A stretch of 19,732 nt of DNA from Candidatus Micrarchaeia archaeon (GCA_038886535.1 JAVZXS010000010.1:1-19732), one strand, 5' to 3'; positions 1 through 7,736 are shown, counted from the first letter of the stretch. Notes: generated from the sequence alone by a model not told the origin. Made by a program: numbers and translations.

Positions 1-200
1 CAAGAAGTCGTCCCCCCGATAGGAGGGAGCACTCATGGAGTTGCAAGGAGTCGTCCCCCCGATAGGAGGGAGCACTCATGGAGTTGCAAGAAGTCGTCCC
101 CCCGATAGGAGGGAGCAGTCATGGAGTTGCAAGGAGTCGTCCCCCCGATAGGAGGGAGCAGTCATGGAGTTGCAAGGAGTCGTCCCCCCGATAGGAGGGA
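1..200. repeat. Tandem array of a 43-bp GC-rich hairpin-containing unit (4 full copies + 28-nt partial; probably continues left of the window)
   Basis: Unit CAAG(A/G)AGTCGTCCCCCCGATAGGAGGGAGCA(C/G)TCATGGAGTTG starts at 1, 44, 87, 130 and 173 (partial, ends 200). About 60% GC (26/43), with an internal inverted repeat TCCCCCC-GATA-GGAGGGA. Confidence 0.97.
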
Positions 201-819
201 ATTATTTGTATAGTTTAGTTGAGAGTCATTAATAATATACCACTTGTATTTTCAGATTAAGAGAAACATGTGTCAGTTATACTGTATTAGTTTTAGAATT
301 ATAGTAAAAGCAAAGGACAGTTTGAAGGTATAAGACAAATAATCTTTAAGGTTATTACTCAAAATAGGAGGTATTAAACCTCAAATAGACATTTTTGTGC
401 GTTGGACTAACAAGAAGGTACATCATGTCAGTGTGTTCGTATGGGCTATTTTTTTTTTGCTTGTTTGTTTGTGGCTGTTAAGTTGTTTTTGCACATCGTG
501 GAGAGCTGTGTTTATATTCGATTTTATAACTTGTTGAATTTAATTGTAGCATTTTTTTGAAGTCATTTTGTGTAAGCAATAATTTTTTATTCATAAATAA
601 TATTAATAATATATAATAATATTAATGTGTTGTTAAGTTATAAATAATAACCTAAGATTTTAGCAGCTTAATTTCAGATTAAGAGCAAAATATTTTGGTG
701 TAAATATAGCTAAAAAGTAAGTAAGTTCTATAAAAATCAGAATAACAATATCATCTAAATGGAGGTAGGTAATTTAAAAAAATTTTTAGATAAAAATTTT
801 TTTTATTTAAAAAAACTTA

Positions 820-827
820 TATATTTG
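820..827 (+). promoter_or_regulatory. Bacteroidota sigma-A -7 element upstream of the fur/perR-like gene
   Basis: TATATTTG fits TAnnTTTG, 15 nt before ATG 843. Confidence 0.65.
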
Positions 828-842
828 CATAGAAATTTATTT

Positions 843-1256
843 ATGCAAAAAGAAATTTTGGAAATACTACAACAGAAAGGGATAAAGAAGACGCCGCAGA
901 GGTTAGAGATACTAATGAACCTGGCACAAAGGAGAGACCATCCGACAGTTGAGGAGATTTATAATGATATAAAAGAAAAGTTCAGTGGAATATCAGTAGC
1001 AACAGTATATATAAATTTAGAGACATTTGTAAAACACGGTATAATAAGAAAAATAAACACAGATGATGGACTATATCGCTACGATTTTGCAGTAAAGCCA
1101 CATGTACATTTTTATGATATAGAGAATTTAAGAATAATAGATTTTGAGAATGAGAGATTTTATAAGGCTTTGCAAAGACTTTTAGAGCGATTAAGGCTAA
1201 AAAACTATGAAATAGTAGATTTTAATTTTGAAATAAAAGTTAAACCAAAAAAATAA
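843..1256 (+). CDS. Fur-family transcriptional regulator, PerR-like
   Basis: Motifs [28 protein letters not shown] and HVHF. The start is moved from 759 to ATG 843 because the extension contains the -7 motif. Lies 5 nt upstream of a peroxiredoxin. Confidence 0.9.
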   Translation: MQKEILEILQQKGIKKTPQRLEILMNLAQRRDHPTVEEIYNDIKEKFSGISVATVYINLETFVKHGIIRKINTDDGLYRYDFAVKPHVHFYDIENLRIIDFENERFYKALQRLLERLRLKNYEIVDFNFEIKVKPKK

Positions 1257-1261
1257 TAAAT

Positions 1262-1909
1262 ATGGAAAACGTAAGAATGCCTTTAATAGGGGAGGCAATG
1301 CCATCAATGAAAGTACAAACAACACACGGACCAGTAACCTTTCCCGACGACTACCGAGGCAAATGGGTAGTATTGTTTAGCCATCCAGCCGACTTTACAC
1401 CAGTGTGTACAACAGAATTTGTAGCATTTGCAAAGAGAAACGAAGAATTCGAGAAACTCAATGCTAAGCTTGTAGGTTTGTCAATAGACCAAGTATTTAG
1501 CCACATCAAATGGACAGAATGGATAAAAGAAAAAATTGGAGTAAAAATACCTTTCCCCATCATAGCCGACTCACTGGGACAAATGGCAATGACATTGGGA
1601 ATGATTCACCCCAAAAAGGGCAGTGAAACAACAAGAGCAGTGTTTATCATAGACCCTGAGGGAATAATTCGTCTCATCCTTTACTATCCTCAGGAAATAG
1701 GAAGAAACATTGATGAAATACTAAGAGTTGTGAGAGCCTTCCAGGTACATGAAAAAGAAAAAGTAGCTATGCCAGCCAACTGGCCAAATAATGAGCTTAT
1801 TGGCGATAAAGTTATTGTTCCACCTGCCAAGAGCGAAGCCGAAGCCGAAGAAAGACTTAAAAAATATGAAGGCTACGACTGGTGGTTTGTATACAAAGAA
1901 GTTAAATAA
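1262..1909 (+). CDS. Peroxiredoxin, Prx6 subfamily (AhpC/TSA superfamily)
   Basis: [14 protein letters not shown] active-site signature, [14 protein letters not shown] and C-terminal DWWF. Confidence 0.95.
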   Translation: MENVRMPLIGEAMPSMKVQTTHGPVTFPDDYRGKWVVLFSHPADFTPVCTTEFVAFAKRNEEFEKLNAKLVGLSIDQVFSHIKWTEWIKEKIGVKIPFPIIADSLGQMAMTLGMIHPKKGSETTRAVFIIDPEGIIRLILYYPQEIGRNIDEILRVVRAFQVHEKEKVAMPANWPNNELIGDKVIVPPAKSEAEAEERLKKYEGYDWWFVYKEVK

Positions 1910-1912
1910 ATT

Positions 1913-1938
1913 AAGGCTGCCATAGGGCAGCTTTTTTT
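1913..1938 (+). terminator. Intrinsic terminator after the peroxiredoxin
   Basis: GGCTGCC-ATAG-GGCAGCT stem followed by a T-run. Confidence 0.85.
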
Positions 1939-1968
1939 AAAATTTTTTGAATTTTTTCAAAAATTTAT

Positions 1969-1976
1969 TATTTTTG
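1969..1976 (+). promoter_or_regulatory. -7 element for tRNA-Pro
   Basis: TATTTTTG (TAnnTTTG) 10 nt upstream of the tRNA 5' end. Confidence 0.6.
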
Positions 1977-1986
1977 CAAAGCATAA

Positions 1987-2060
1987 CGGGGCATGGCGCA
2001 GTTGGCTAGCGCACTAGCATGGGGTGCTAGGGGTCGCAGGTTCAAGTCCTGCTGCCCCGA
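1987..2060 (+). tRNA. tRNA-Pro(GGG), CCA not encoded
   Basis: Acceptor CGGGGCA/TGCCCCG plus discriminator A; D-stem GCGC/GCGC; anticodon arm CTAGC-ATGGGGT-GCTAG; T-arm GCAGG-TTCAAGT-CCTGC. Confidence 0.97.
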
Positions 2061-2103
2061 TTTTTTTTATATAAATGTCATTTTTTACACCTAACAATTT
2101 TTT

Positions 2104-2111
2104 TACTTTTG
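2104..2111 (+). promoter_or_regulatory. -7 element upstream of tnaA
   Basis: TACTTTTG 8 nt before ATG 2120. Confidence 0.5.
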
Positions 2112-2119
2112 GCAAAAAA

Positions 2120-3493
2120 ATGGATAATGTTTTTTTTGAACCTTACAAAATAAAGGTTGTTGAAAAAATTCACATAAGCACCCGCCAAGAGCGCGAGGAG
2201 TGGATAAAACAAGCTCATTACAACCTATTTCAGCTTAAAAGCAATCAAGTAATAATAGATTTACTCACCGACTCAGGTACAGGAGCAATGAGCGACCAGC
2301 AATGGGCTGAAATAATGACTGGCGACGAAAGCTATGCAGGTGCTGTATCTTTTTTTAAACTAAAGAATGCTATTAATGAAATTTTTGGAATGCCCTACGT
2401 ATTGCCAACTCATCAAGGGCGTGCTGCCGAAAATGTTTTATTTTCGGTACTCATAAAGGAAGGTGACATTGTTCCAGGCAACGCTCATTTCGATACCACT
2501 AAGGGACATATTGAGTTCCGTAAAGCAAAAGCTTACGACTGCACCATAGCACGCGCTTACGACATCGACGACGAATTCTCCTTTAAAGGTAATGTTGATC
2601 TCGAAAAGCTTGAAAATATTCTCAAGGAGCAAAAAGATAAAATACCTTGCGTGATAATGACCCTTACTTGCAACACAGCTGGAGGCCAGCCTGTTTCAAT
2701 GAAAAACTTGAGGGATGTTTATTACATGGCCAAAAAATATAACAAGCTTGTTATTTTCGACTCAGCACGTTTTGCCGAAAATGCTTACTTCATCAAAGAA
2801 AGAGAACCAGACTATGTCCACAAGTCTATACCTGAAATAGTAGCCGAAATGTATAGCTATTGCGATGTAATGACAATGAGTAGCAAGAAGGACGGTCTGG
2901 TTAACATTGGTGGTTTTATTGCAATGAAGGATTTTGAGTTGTATCAGAAGGCTTCGGTTTTCAATATAATGTTTGAGGGCTACCTTACTTACGGTGGTAT
3001 GGCCGGAAGAGATATGGCTGCTCTTGCCCAGGGACTTAGAGAGGTTTTGGATTACGACTATTTGAATTCTCGAGTAAAACAAGTTGAATTACTTGGCCAA
3101 AAGCTTGTTGAAGCAGGTGTGCCAGTGCAAAAACCATTTGGTGGCCACGCTATATTTGTTGATGCTAATAGAATTTACGAACACATACCACGCGAACAGT
3201 TTCGTGCTCAAACCCTTGCAGTGGAAATTTACAAGGAGGGAGGTGTAAGAGGAGTTGAAGTTGGCACACTGCTTGCCGACAGAGACCCTATTACTCGCCA
3301 GAACCGTTATCCTGCCAACGAGTTTGTGCGTTTGGCTATACCACGACGTGTATACACAAATAATCATATCAACTACGTAGCACAAACAATTATAAACGTT
3401 TATGAAAAACGTAAAGAGATAAAAAGCGGCTACAAAATAGTTTACGAAGCGCCTATAATGAGACATTTTACCGTCCAGCTGGAAAAAATTTAA
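2120..3493 (+). CDS. tnaA: Tryptophanase (PLP-dependent beta-eliminating lyase)
   Basis: IDLLTDSGT, GDESYAG, PTHQGRAAE and PLP-lysine motif MSSKKD. C-terminal RHFT and VEVG fit tryptophanase rather than tyrosine phenol-lyase (RFFT, MERG). Start probably 2120 (MDNVFFEPYKIK). Confidence 0.88.
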   Translation: MDNVFFEPYKIKVVEKIHISTRQEREEWIKQAHYNLFQLKSNQVIIDLLTDSGTGAMSDQQWAEIMTGDESYAGAVSFFKLKNAINEIFGMPYVLPTHQGRAAENVLFSVLIKEGDIVPGNAHFDTTKGHIEFRKAKAYDCTIARAYDIDDEFSFKGNVDLEKLENILKEQKDKIPCVIMTLTCNTAGGQPVSMKNLRDVYYMAKKYNKLVIFDSARFAENAYFIKEREPDYVHKSIPEIVAEMYSYCDVMTMSSKKDGLVNIGGFIAMKDFELYQKASVFNIMFEGYLTYGGMAGRDMAALAQGLREVLDYDYLNSRVKQVELLGQKLVEAGVPVQKPFGGHAIFVDANRIYEHIPREQFRAQTLAVEIYKEGGVRGVEVGTLLADRDPITRQNRYPANEFVRLAIPRRVYTNNHINYVAQTIINVYEKRKEIKSGYKIVYEAPIMRHFTVQLEKI

Positions 3494-3497
3494 AAAT

Positions 3498-3528
3498 TTT
3501 GTTTTTATTTCAAAAAAAATTATCTTTG
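3498..3528 (+). promoter_or_regulatory. Bacteroidota -33/-7 promoter for rpmE
   Basis: TTTG (3498-3501), a 19-nt spacer, then TATCTTTG (3521-3528). Confidence 0.75.
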
Positions 3529-3560
3529 CAGACAAATTTATCTTAGCAAAACATTCAAAA

Positions 3561-3821
3561 ATGAAAAAAGATATTCATCCAAAGGATTACAGACTTGTAG
3601 CATTTAGAGACATAACAAATGGTTTTACATTTATCACACGCTCAACAGCAAAGTCAAAAGAAACAGTAACTATCGACGGTGTAGAATATCCATTAGTAAA
3701 GCTTGAAATTTCGAGTGCATCACACGGATTCTTTACAGGACAAAAGAAAACAGTACACGCTACAGGTCGCGTAGACAAATTCCGCAGGAAATACGGAAAC
3801 ATCGGCGAAAAAAACAACTAA
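3561..3821 (+). CDS. rpmE: 50S ribosomal protein L31, type B (Cys-free)
   Basis: MKKDIHPKDYRLVAFRD...YPLVKLEISSASHGFFTG...GRVDKFRRKY; 86 aa with no cysteines. Confidence 0.96.
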   Translation: MKKDIHPKDYRLVAFRDITNGFTFITRSTAKSKETVTIDGVEYPLVKLEISSASHGFFTGQKKTVHATGRVDKFRRKYGNIGEKNN

Positions 3822-3831
3822 TTTAGTCCAC

Positions 3832-3859
3832 AAGTCTACCAAACCGGTAGACTTTTTTT
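3832..3859 (+). terminator. Intrinsic terminator after rpmE
   Basis: AAGTCTACC-AAACC-GGTAGACTT followed by a T-run. Confidence 0.88.
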
Positions 3860-3891
3860 GTTTTTATTCATGCCTTTTGAGAAATTACTTT

Positions 3892-3899
3892 TATATTTG
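3892..3899 (+). promoter_or_regulatory. -7 element upstream of the GH13 pair
   Basis: TATATTTG 17 nt before ATG 3917. Confidence 0.6.
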
Positions 3900-3916
3900 T
3901 GCATTAAAAAAAGCTT

Positions 3917-6283
3917 ATGCGCAAAATCTTTCTTTTAATCACAATAGGTTATATATTCCTTTTTTCTTGCCAAAAACAAAAAAACATTCATTTCCCTGTT
4001 AAATCAAAAATTTATGGTCTTGCCAGTATTGTTAACTTGGAAATAGATAGCACAATTATTTATCTTGACGACTATTTTCTTTCAGGCTCGGAAGTCCAAA
4101 AAATTGATGTGCCTCAGGGAATGGCTATCAAACATGGAGATAGTAATAAGGTGATTATTTACGTCAAAGAACCCGACAAAGTAGACAGACTAACTACTTT
4201 GAGATGCTGGATAGGTGAGGATTTTTATGATATAGTGCTCAGAAAAAGCCCAAAAATTCGCTACGAATATGTTTTTGACCCCAAAGGCAAATCTTATAAA
4301 AGCGTTAAAATCAAAGGACAGTTCAACTCCTGGAATTCTAATGCTAATGTTTTTGTTTGGGAAAACAACGTCTGGAAAACTCAAATCATAGCTCAGCCAG
4401 GAGTGTACGAGTATAAGCTTATTCTCGATGGTTTTGAATGCCTTGACCCAAATAACCCTGATAGTGTTTCCAATAACATTGGTGGCTTCAACTCTGTGCT
4501 TAAGATTGGTGAAGTGCCTGAAAATAAACCTTTTTTGCAAACCTATTCATTTAAAAATAACGAAATTAGAATAAAAACTCAGGGTAATATAGATAAAGTC
4601 CTTGTATTGTGGCAGAACTATCTATTACCTAAGTGTTATTTTATTAAGAAAAAAGCCGAAATTGTTATCAAGGTACCTAAACAGGCTAAAAGCCTTGATT
4701 ATTCTTATATAAGAGTATTTGCATTTAACAAAGATGCCGAAAGTAACGACGTTATAGTACCGCTGAAAAAAGGAGAGATTATAAAAAGTGTTTCAGATTT
4801 ATGGATGTACGACTGGCGTAAGGCTATAATTTATAACGTGTTTGTAGATAGATTTTTTGACGGTGACAAGACCAACAACAAACCCATTAACAACCCCACA
4901 CTCGTACACCCCAAAGCCGACTACCATGGCGGCGATATTGCTGGTATAACCCAGATTTTGGAAAAAGGCTACTTCGACTCTTTGGCTGTCAACACTTTGT
5001 GGATATCTCCAATAGTTAAAAACGTTGATGGTGCTTATGGTTTTTGGCCTAAGCCTAAAACAAAATTCTCGGCTTACCATGGTTATTGGCCTTTGTATTT
5101 CACAAAAATTGATGAACGTTTTGGCACCGAAGCTCAATTCAAGGAGTTAGTTGATAAACTTCACTCAAGGAATAAATACTTACTTTTGGACTTTGTTGCT
5201 CACCATGTGCATGAAAAATCACCATTCTATCAGCAAAACAAAGACAAAGTCACTCCTCTTTATTTACCCGATGGCTCTCTCAATACAGAACGTTGGGATG
5301 ACTACCGTCTGACTACCTGGTTCGATGTGTTTTTGCCTACTTTGGACAACTCTAATCCCGAAGTTGCTAATATTATAACAGATTCGGCTTTATGGTGGAT
5401 GATTACTTATAACATTGACGGTTTCCGCCATGATGCTGCTAAACATGTACCTTTGTCCTTCTGGAGATTATTGACCTATAAAATCAAAAGATATTACGAA
5501 TATTCTCAAAATGTAAAAACATACCAGATAGGCGAAACATATGGCTCAAATGAACTAATTGGTAGCTATTTGGGCTCAGGACTTCTCGATGCTCAATTCG
5601 ACTTTAACGTATACGATGCCATTGTTAGAGTGTTGGTTGCTAACAAGTCATTCAGAGATTTGGAAAGAGAATTGCTAAAATCATTTTATTACTATGGCTG
5701 GCACAACATTATGGGCTACATAACAGGAAACCAGGACAGGGGACGTTTTATTTCATATGCTGGTGGCTCTCTAAAACTCGACGAAAACCCCAAAGTTGCT
5801 GGCTGGACACGCAACATCGATGTTGGAGATACTATTGGCTATACCAAAGCTAAATTACTTTTCGCATTTATTGGTACTATGGTTGGAGTGCCTGTTATTT
5901 ACTACGGCGATGAAATTGGTATGCCCGGTGGCAATGACCCCGACAACAGACGAATGATGATTTTCTCAAACCTCAACAACCATCAAGTATCTCTACTGCA
6001 AACTGCCCGTAAAATTATGAATTTGCGTGCTAACAATATGGCTCTTATCTATGGCCAAATGAGTTTTGTTGAGGTAGCTGATAGTTATATCGTCTACAAA
6101 CGTCAGTATTTCGACAAGGTTGCCTTTGTTGTTTTGAATAATAGTGCTAAATATATTAAAGTAATGCTGCCTTATGTGGCTAAAGAACCATTAAAAGCTA
6201 ACTTTGGTTCTAAGACATCAGCATTGAACAAGTATGTTACTGTCGAAGTAGCACCTTACAGTTTTGAAGTATTGACAAATTAA
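3917..6283 (+). CDS. GH13 alpha-amylase-family lipoprotein with a CBM48/AMPK-type glycogen-binding domain
   Basis: Lipobox LFSC; CBM48-like GQFNSW...PGVYEYKLILDG; VDRFFDGD, YHGGDIAGI, YHGYWP, DGFRHDAAKH, IGE, GVPVIYYGDEIG and DPDNRR. Confidence 0.9.
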   Translation: MRKIFLLITIGYIFLFSCQKQKNIHFPVKSKIYGLASIVNLEIDSTIIYLDDYFLSGSEVQKIDVPQGMAIKHGDSNKVIIYVKEPDKVDRLTTLRCWIGEDFYDIVLRKSPKIRYEYVFDPKGKSYKSVKIKGQFNSWNSNANVFVWENNVWKTQIIAQPGVYEYKLILDGFECLDPNNPDSVSNNIGGFNSVLKIGEVPENKPFLQTYSFKNNEIRIKTQGNIDKVLVLWQNYLLPKCYFIKKKAEIVIKVPKQAKSLDYSYIRVFAFNKDAESNDVIVPLKKGEIIKSVSDLWMYDWRKAIIYNVFVDRFFDGDKTNNKPINNPTLVHPKADYHGGDIAGITQILEKGYFDSLAVNTLWISPIVKNVDGAYGFWPKPKTKFSAYHGYWPLYFTKIDERFGTEAQFKELVDKLHSRNKYLLLDFVAHHVHEKSPFYQQNKDKVTPLYLPDGSLNTERWDDYRLTTWFDVFLPTLDNSNPEVANIITDSALWWMITYNIDGFRHDAAKHVPLSFWRLLTYKIKRYYEYSQNVKTYQIGETYGSNELIGSYLGSGLLDAQFDFNVYDAIVRVLVANKSFRDLERELLKSFYYYGWHNIMGYITGNQDRGRFISYAGGSLKLDENPKVAGWTRNIDVGDTIGYTKAKLLFAFIGTMVGVPVIYYGDEIGMPGGNDPDNRRMMIFSNLNNHQVSLLQTARKIMNLRANNMALIYGQMSFVEVADSYIVYKRQYFDKVAFVVLNNSAKYIKVMLPYVAKEPLKANFGSKTSALNKYVTVEVAPYSFEVLTN

Positions 6284-6295
6284 AACAACAATAAT

Positions 6296-7672
6296 ATGAA
6301 AAAACTAATTTTTCTGGCACTGCTAACTGTAATAATTGCAGGTTGCCAAAAAACATCAAAACTAAACTCTAATCAAAAAGATTCTACAAAAAATATGTTG
6401 ACTGTACATAATTTTCCGGAAAGAATAAAACATTCTGTTATTTATGAGGTAAACATTAGGCAATATACACCAGAAGGAACATTTGCAGCTTTTGAAAAGC
6501 ATTTGCCTCGACTCCAGCAATTGGGAGTTGACATTTTGTGGTTTATGCCTATTCAGCCAATTGGCAAAAAAAACAGAAAAGGAGAGCTCGGTAGCTATTA
6601 TTCTATAGCCGACTATACAGCTGTTAATCCTGAGTTTGGTACTCTCGACGATTTCAAGCGTATAGTAAAAAAAGCTCATGAAATGGGCATGTTGGTCATT
6701 CTCGACTGGGTTGCTAATCACACTGCTTTTGACCATGTTTGGATTACTCAGCATCCTGATTTTTACACCAAAAATGAAAAAGGCGAAATTATTAGTCCTG
6801 TTCCAGATTGGACTGACGTTGCCGACTTAAACTACGATAACCAGCAAATGCGACAAGCTATGATTGACGCCATGGCTTTTTGGGTCAAAGAGTGTGATAT
6901 TGATGGTTTCCGTTGTGATGTGGCTATGATGGTGCCAACAGATTTTTGGGAGGCTGCTAGAGTTCAGTTGGAAAAAATCAAACCTCTCTTTATGCTTGCC
7001 GAGGCTGAAGAGCCTGAGCTAATGAATAAGGCTTTTGATATGTTTTATAGCTGGGAGTTTTATCACCATATGGTTGATATTGCTAAAAACAAACGTAAAG
7101 CTAAGGACTTAATTGCTGTTTTACACTTAGAACAAAAGAAATTCCCTACACGGGCAATACCTATGCGCTTTACTTCCAACCACGACGAAAATTCCTGGAA
7201 CGGCACCGACAAGGAACTCTATTCTGACAAACATAAACTTTTTGCTGTTTTAACATTTATGGTAAATGGTATGCCATTGATTTATTCCGGACAAGAAGCT
7301 GAAAACGACAAACGACTTCGATTTTTCTACAAAGATACTATTGATTGGAAAAGTACGCCAACCGAAGAACTTTACAAAAAGCTCATACAATTCCGTAAAG
7401 AAAATTCAGCCCTATGGACAACAGGCTTCGGTGCGCCTATGAATATTTTGCCATCAAGACCTGAATATTTTGCATTCTATCGCAAAAATGATACTAATAC
7501 AGTTGTTTGCTTCTTCAACTTTTCTGATAAAAAACAAATAGCTTACATCGACGAGCCAGCTATTGTTGGCGAATACAATGTTTTTGGTACAGACGAAAAA
7601 TATTACCTGCGCCCCAAAAAGGACATTGTCTTGGAGCCATGGGCTTATTTTATTCTCTATAGAAAAAAATAA
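6296..7672 (+). CDS. GH13 alpha-amylase-family lipoprotein
   Basis: Lipobox IAGC; YEVNIRQY, LDWVANH, DGFRCDVA, LAEAE, NHDE and GMPLIYSGQE. Confidence 0.92.
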   Translation: MKKLIFLALLTVIIAGCQKTSKLNSNQKDSTKNMLTVHNFPERIKHSVIYEVNIRQYTPEGTFAAFEKHLPRLQQLGVDILWFMPIQPIGKKNRKGELGSYYSIADYTAVNPEFGTLDDFKRIVKKAHEMGMLVILDWVANHTAFDHVWITQHPDFYTKNEKGEIISPVPDWTDVADLNYDNQQMRQAMIDAMAFWVKECDIDGFRCDVAMMVPTDFWEAARVQLEKIKPLFMLAEAEEPELMNKAFDMFYSWEFYHHMVDIAKNKRKAKDLIAVLHLEQKKFPTRAIPMRFTSNHDENSWNGTDKELYSDKHKLFAVLTFMVNGMPLIYSGQEAENDKRLRFFYKDTIDWKSTPTEELYKKLIQFRKENSALWTTGFGAPMNILPSRPEYFAFYRKNDTNTVVCFFNFSDKKQIAYIDEPAIVGEYNVFGTDEKYYLRPKKDIVLEPWAYFILYRKK

Positions 7673-7698
7673 AGGCTGCCATGTTAGCAGCCTTTTTT
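7671..7698. terminator. Probable bidirectional intrinsic terminator between convergent genes
   Basis: AAAGGCTGC-CATGTTA-GCAGCCTTT with a T-run after and an A-run before. Confidence 0.8.
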
Positions 7699-7736
7699 AT
7701 TATTTAGCCTAGTTTTTTCAATAAACACGGATTTTT

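Noticed and set aside
1..200. CRISPR array
   Set aside because: Units are contiguous and near-identical with no unique spacers, and there are no cas genes in the window.
201..758. oriC, dif site or hidden small gene in the AT-rich gap
   Set aside because: No TTATCCACA-type boxes, no convincing XerC/D arms, and only very short ORFs without supporting signals.
759..842. N-terminal extension of the Fur-family ORF
   Set aside because: Low-complexity A/T-run translation that contains the -7 promoter motif. Family similarity starts at Met 843.
1987..2060. tRNA-Pro as an integration site
   Set aside because: No integrase and no duplicated tRNA 3' end were seen in the window.
2075..2119. N-terminal extension of tnaA
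   Set aside because: Contains a -7 motif. The conserved EPYKIK begins just after Met 2120.
2120..3493. Tyrosine phenol-lyase assignment
   Set aside because: RHFT and VEVG match tryptophanase. The TPL-type RFFT and MERG residues are absent.
3561..3821. Zinc-starvation paralog interpretation of the Cys-free L31
   Set aside because: Type B L31 is the usual form in Bacteroidota, and no rpmJ2 or zinc-uptake genes are adjacent.
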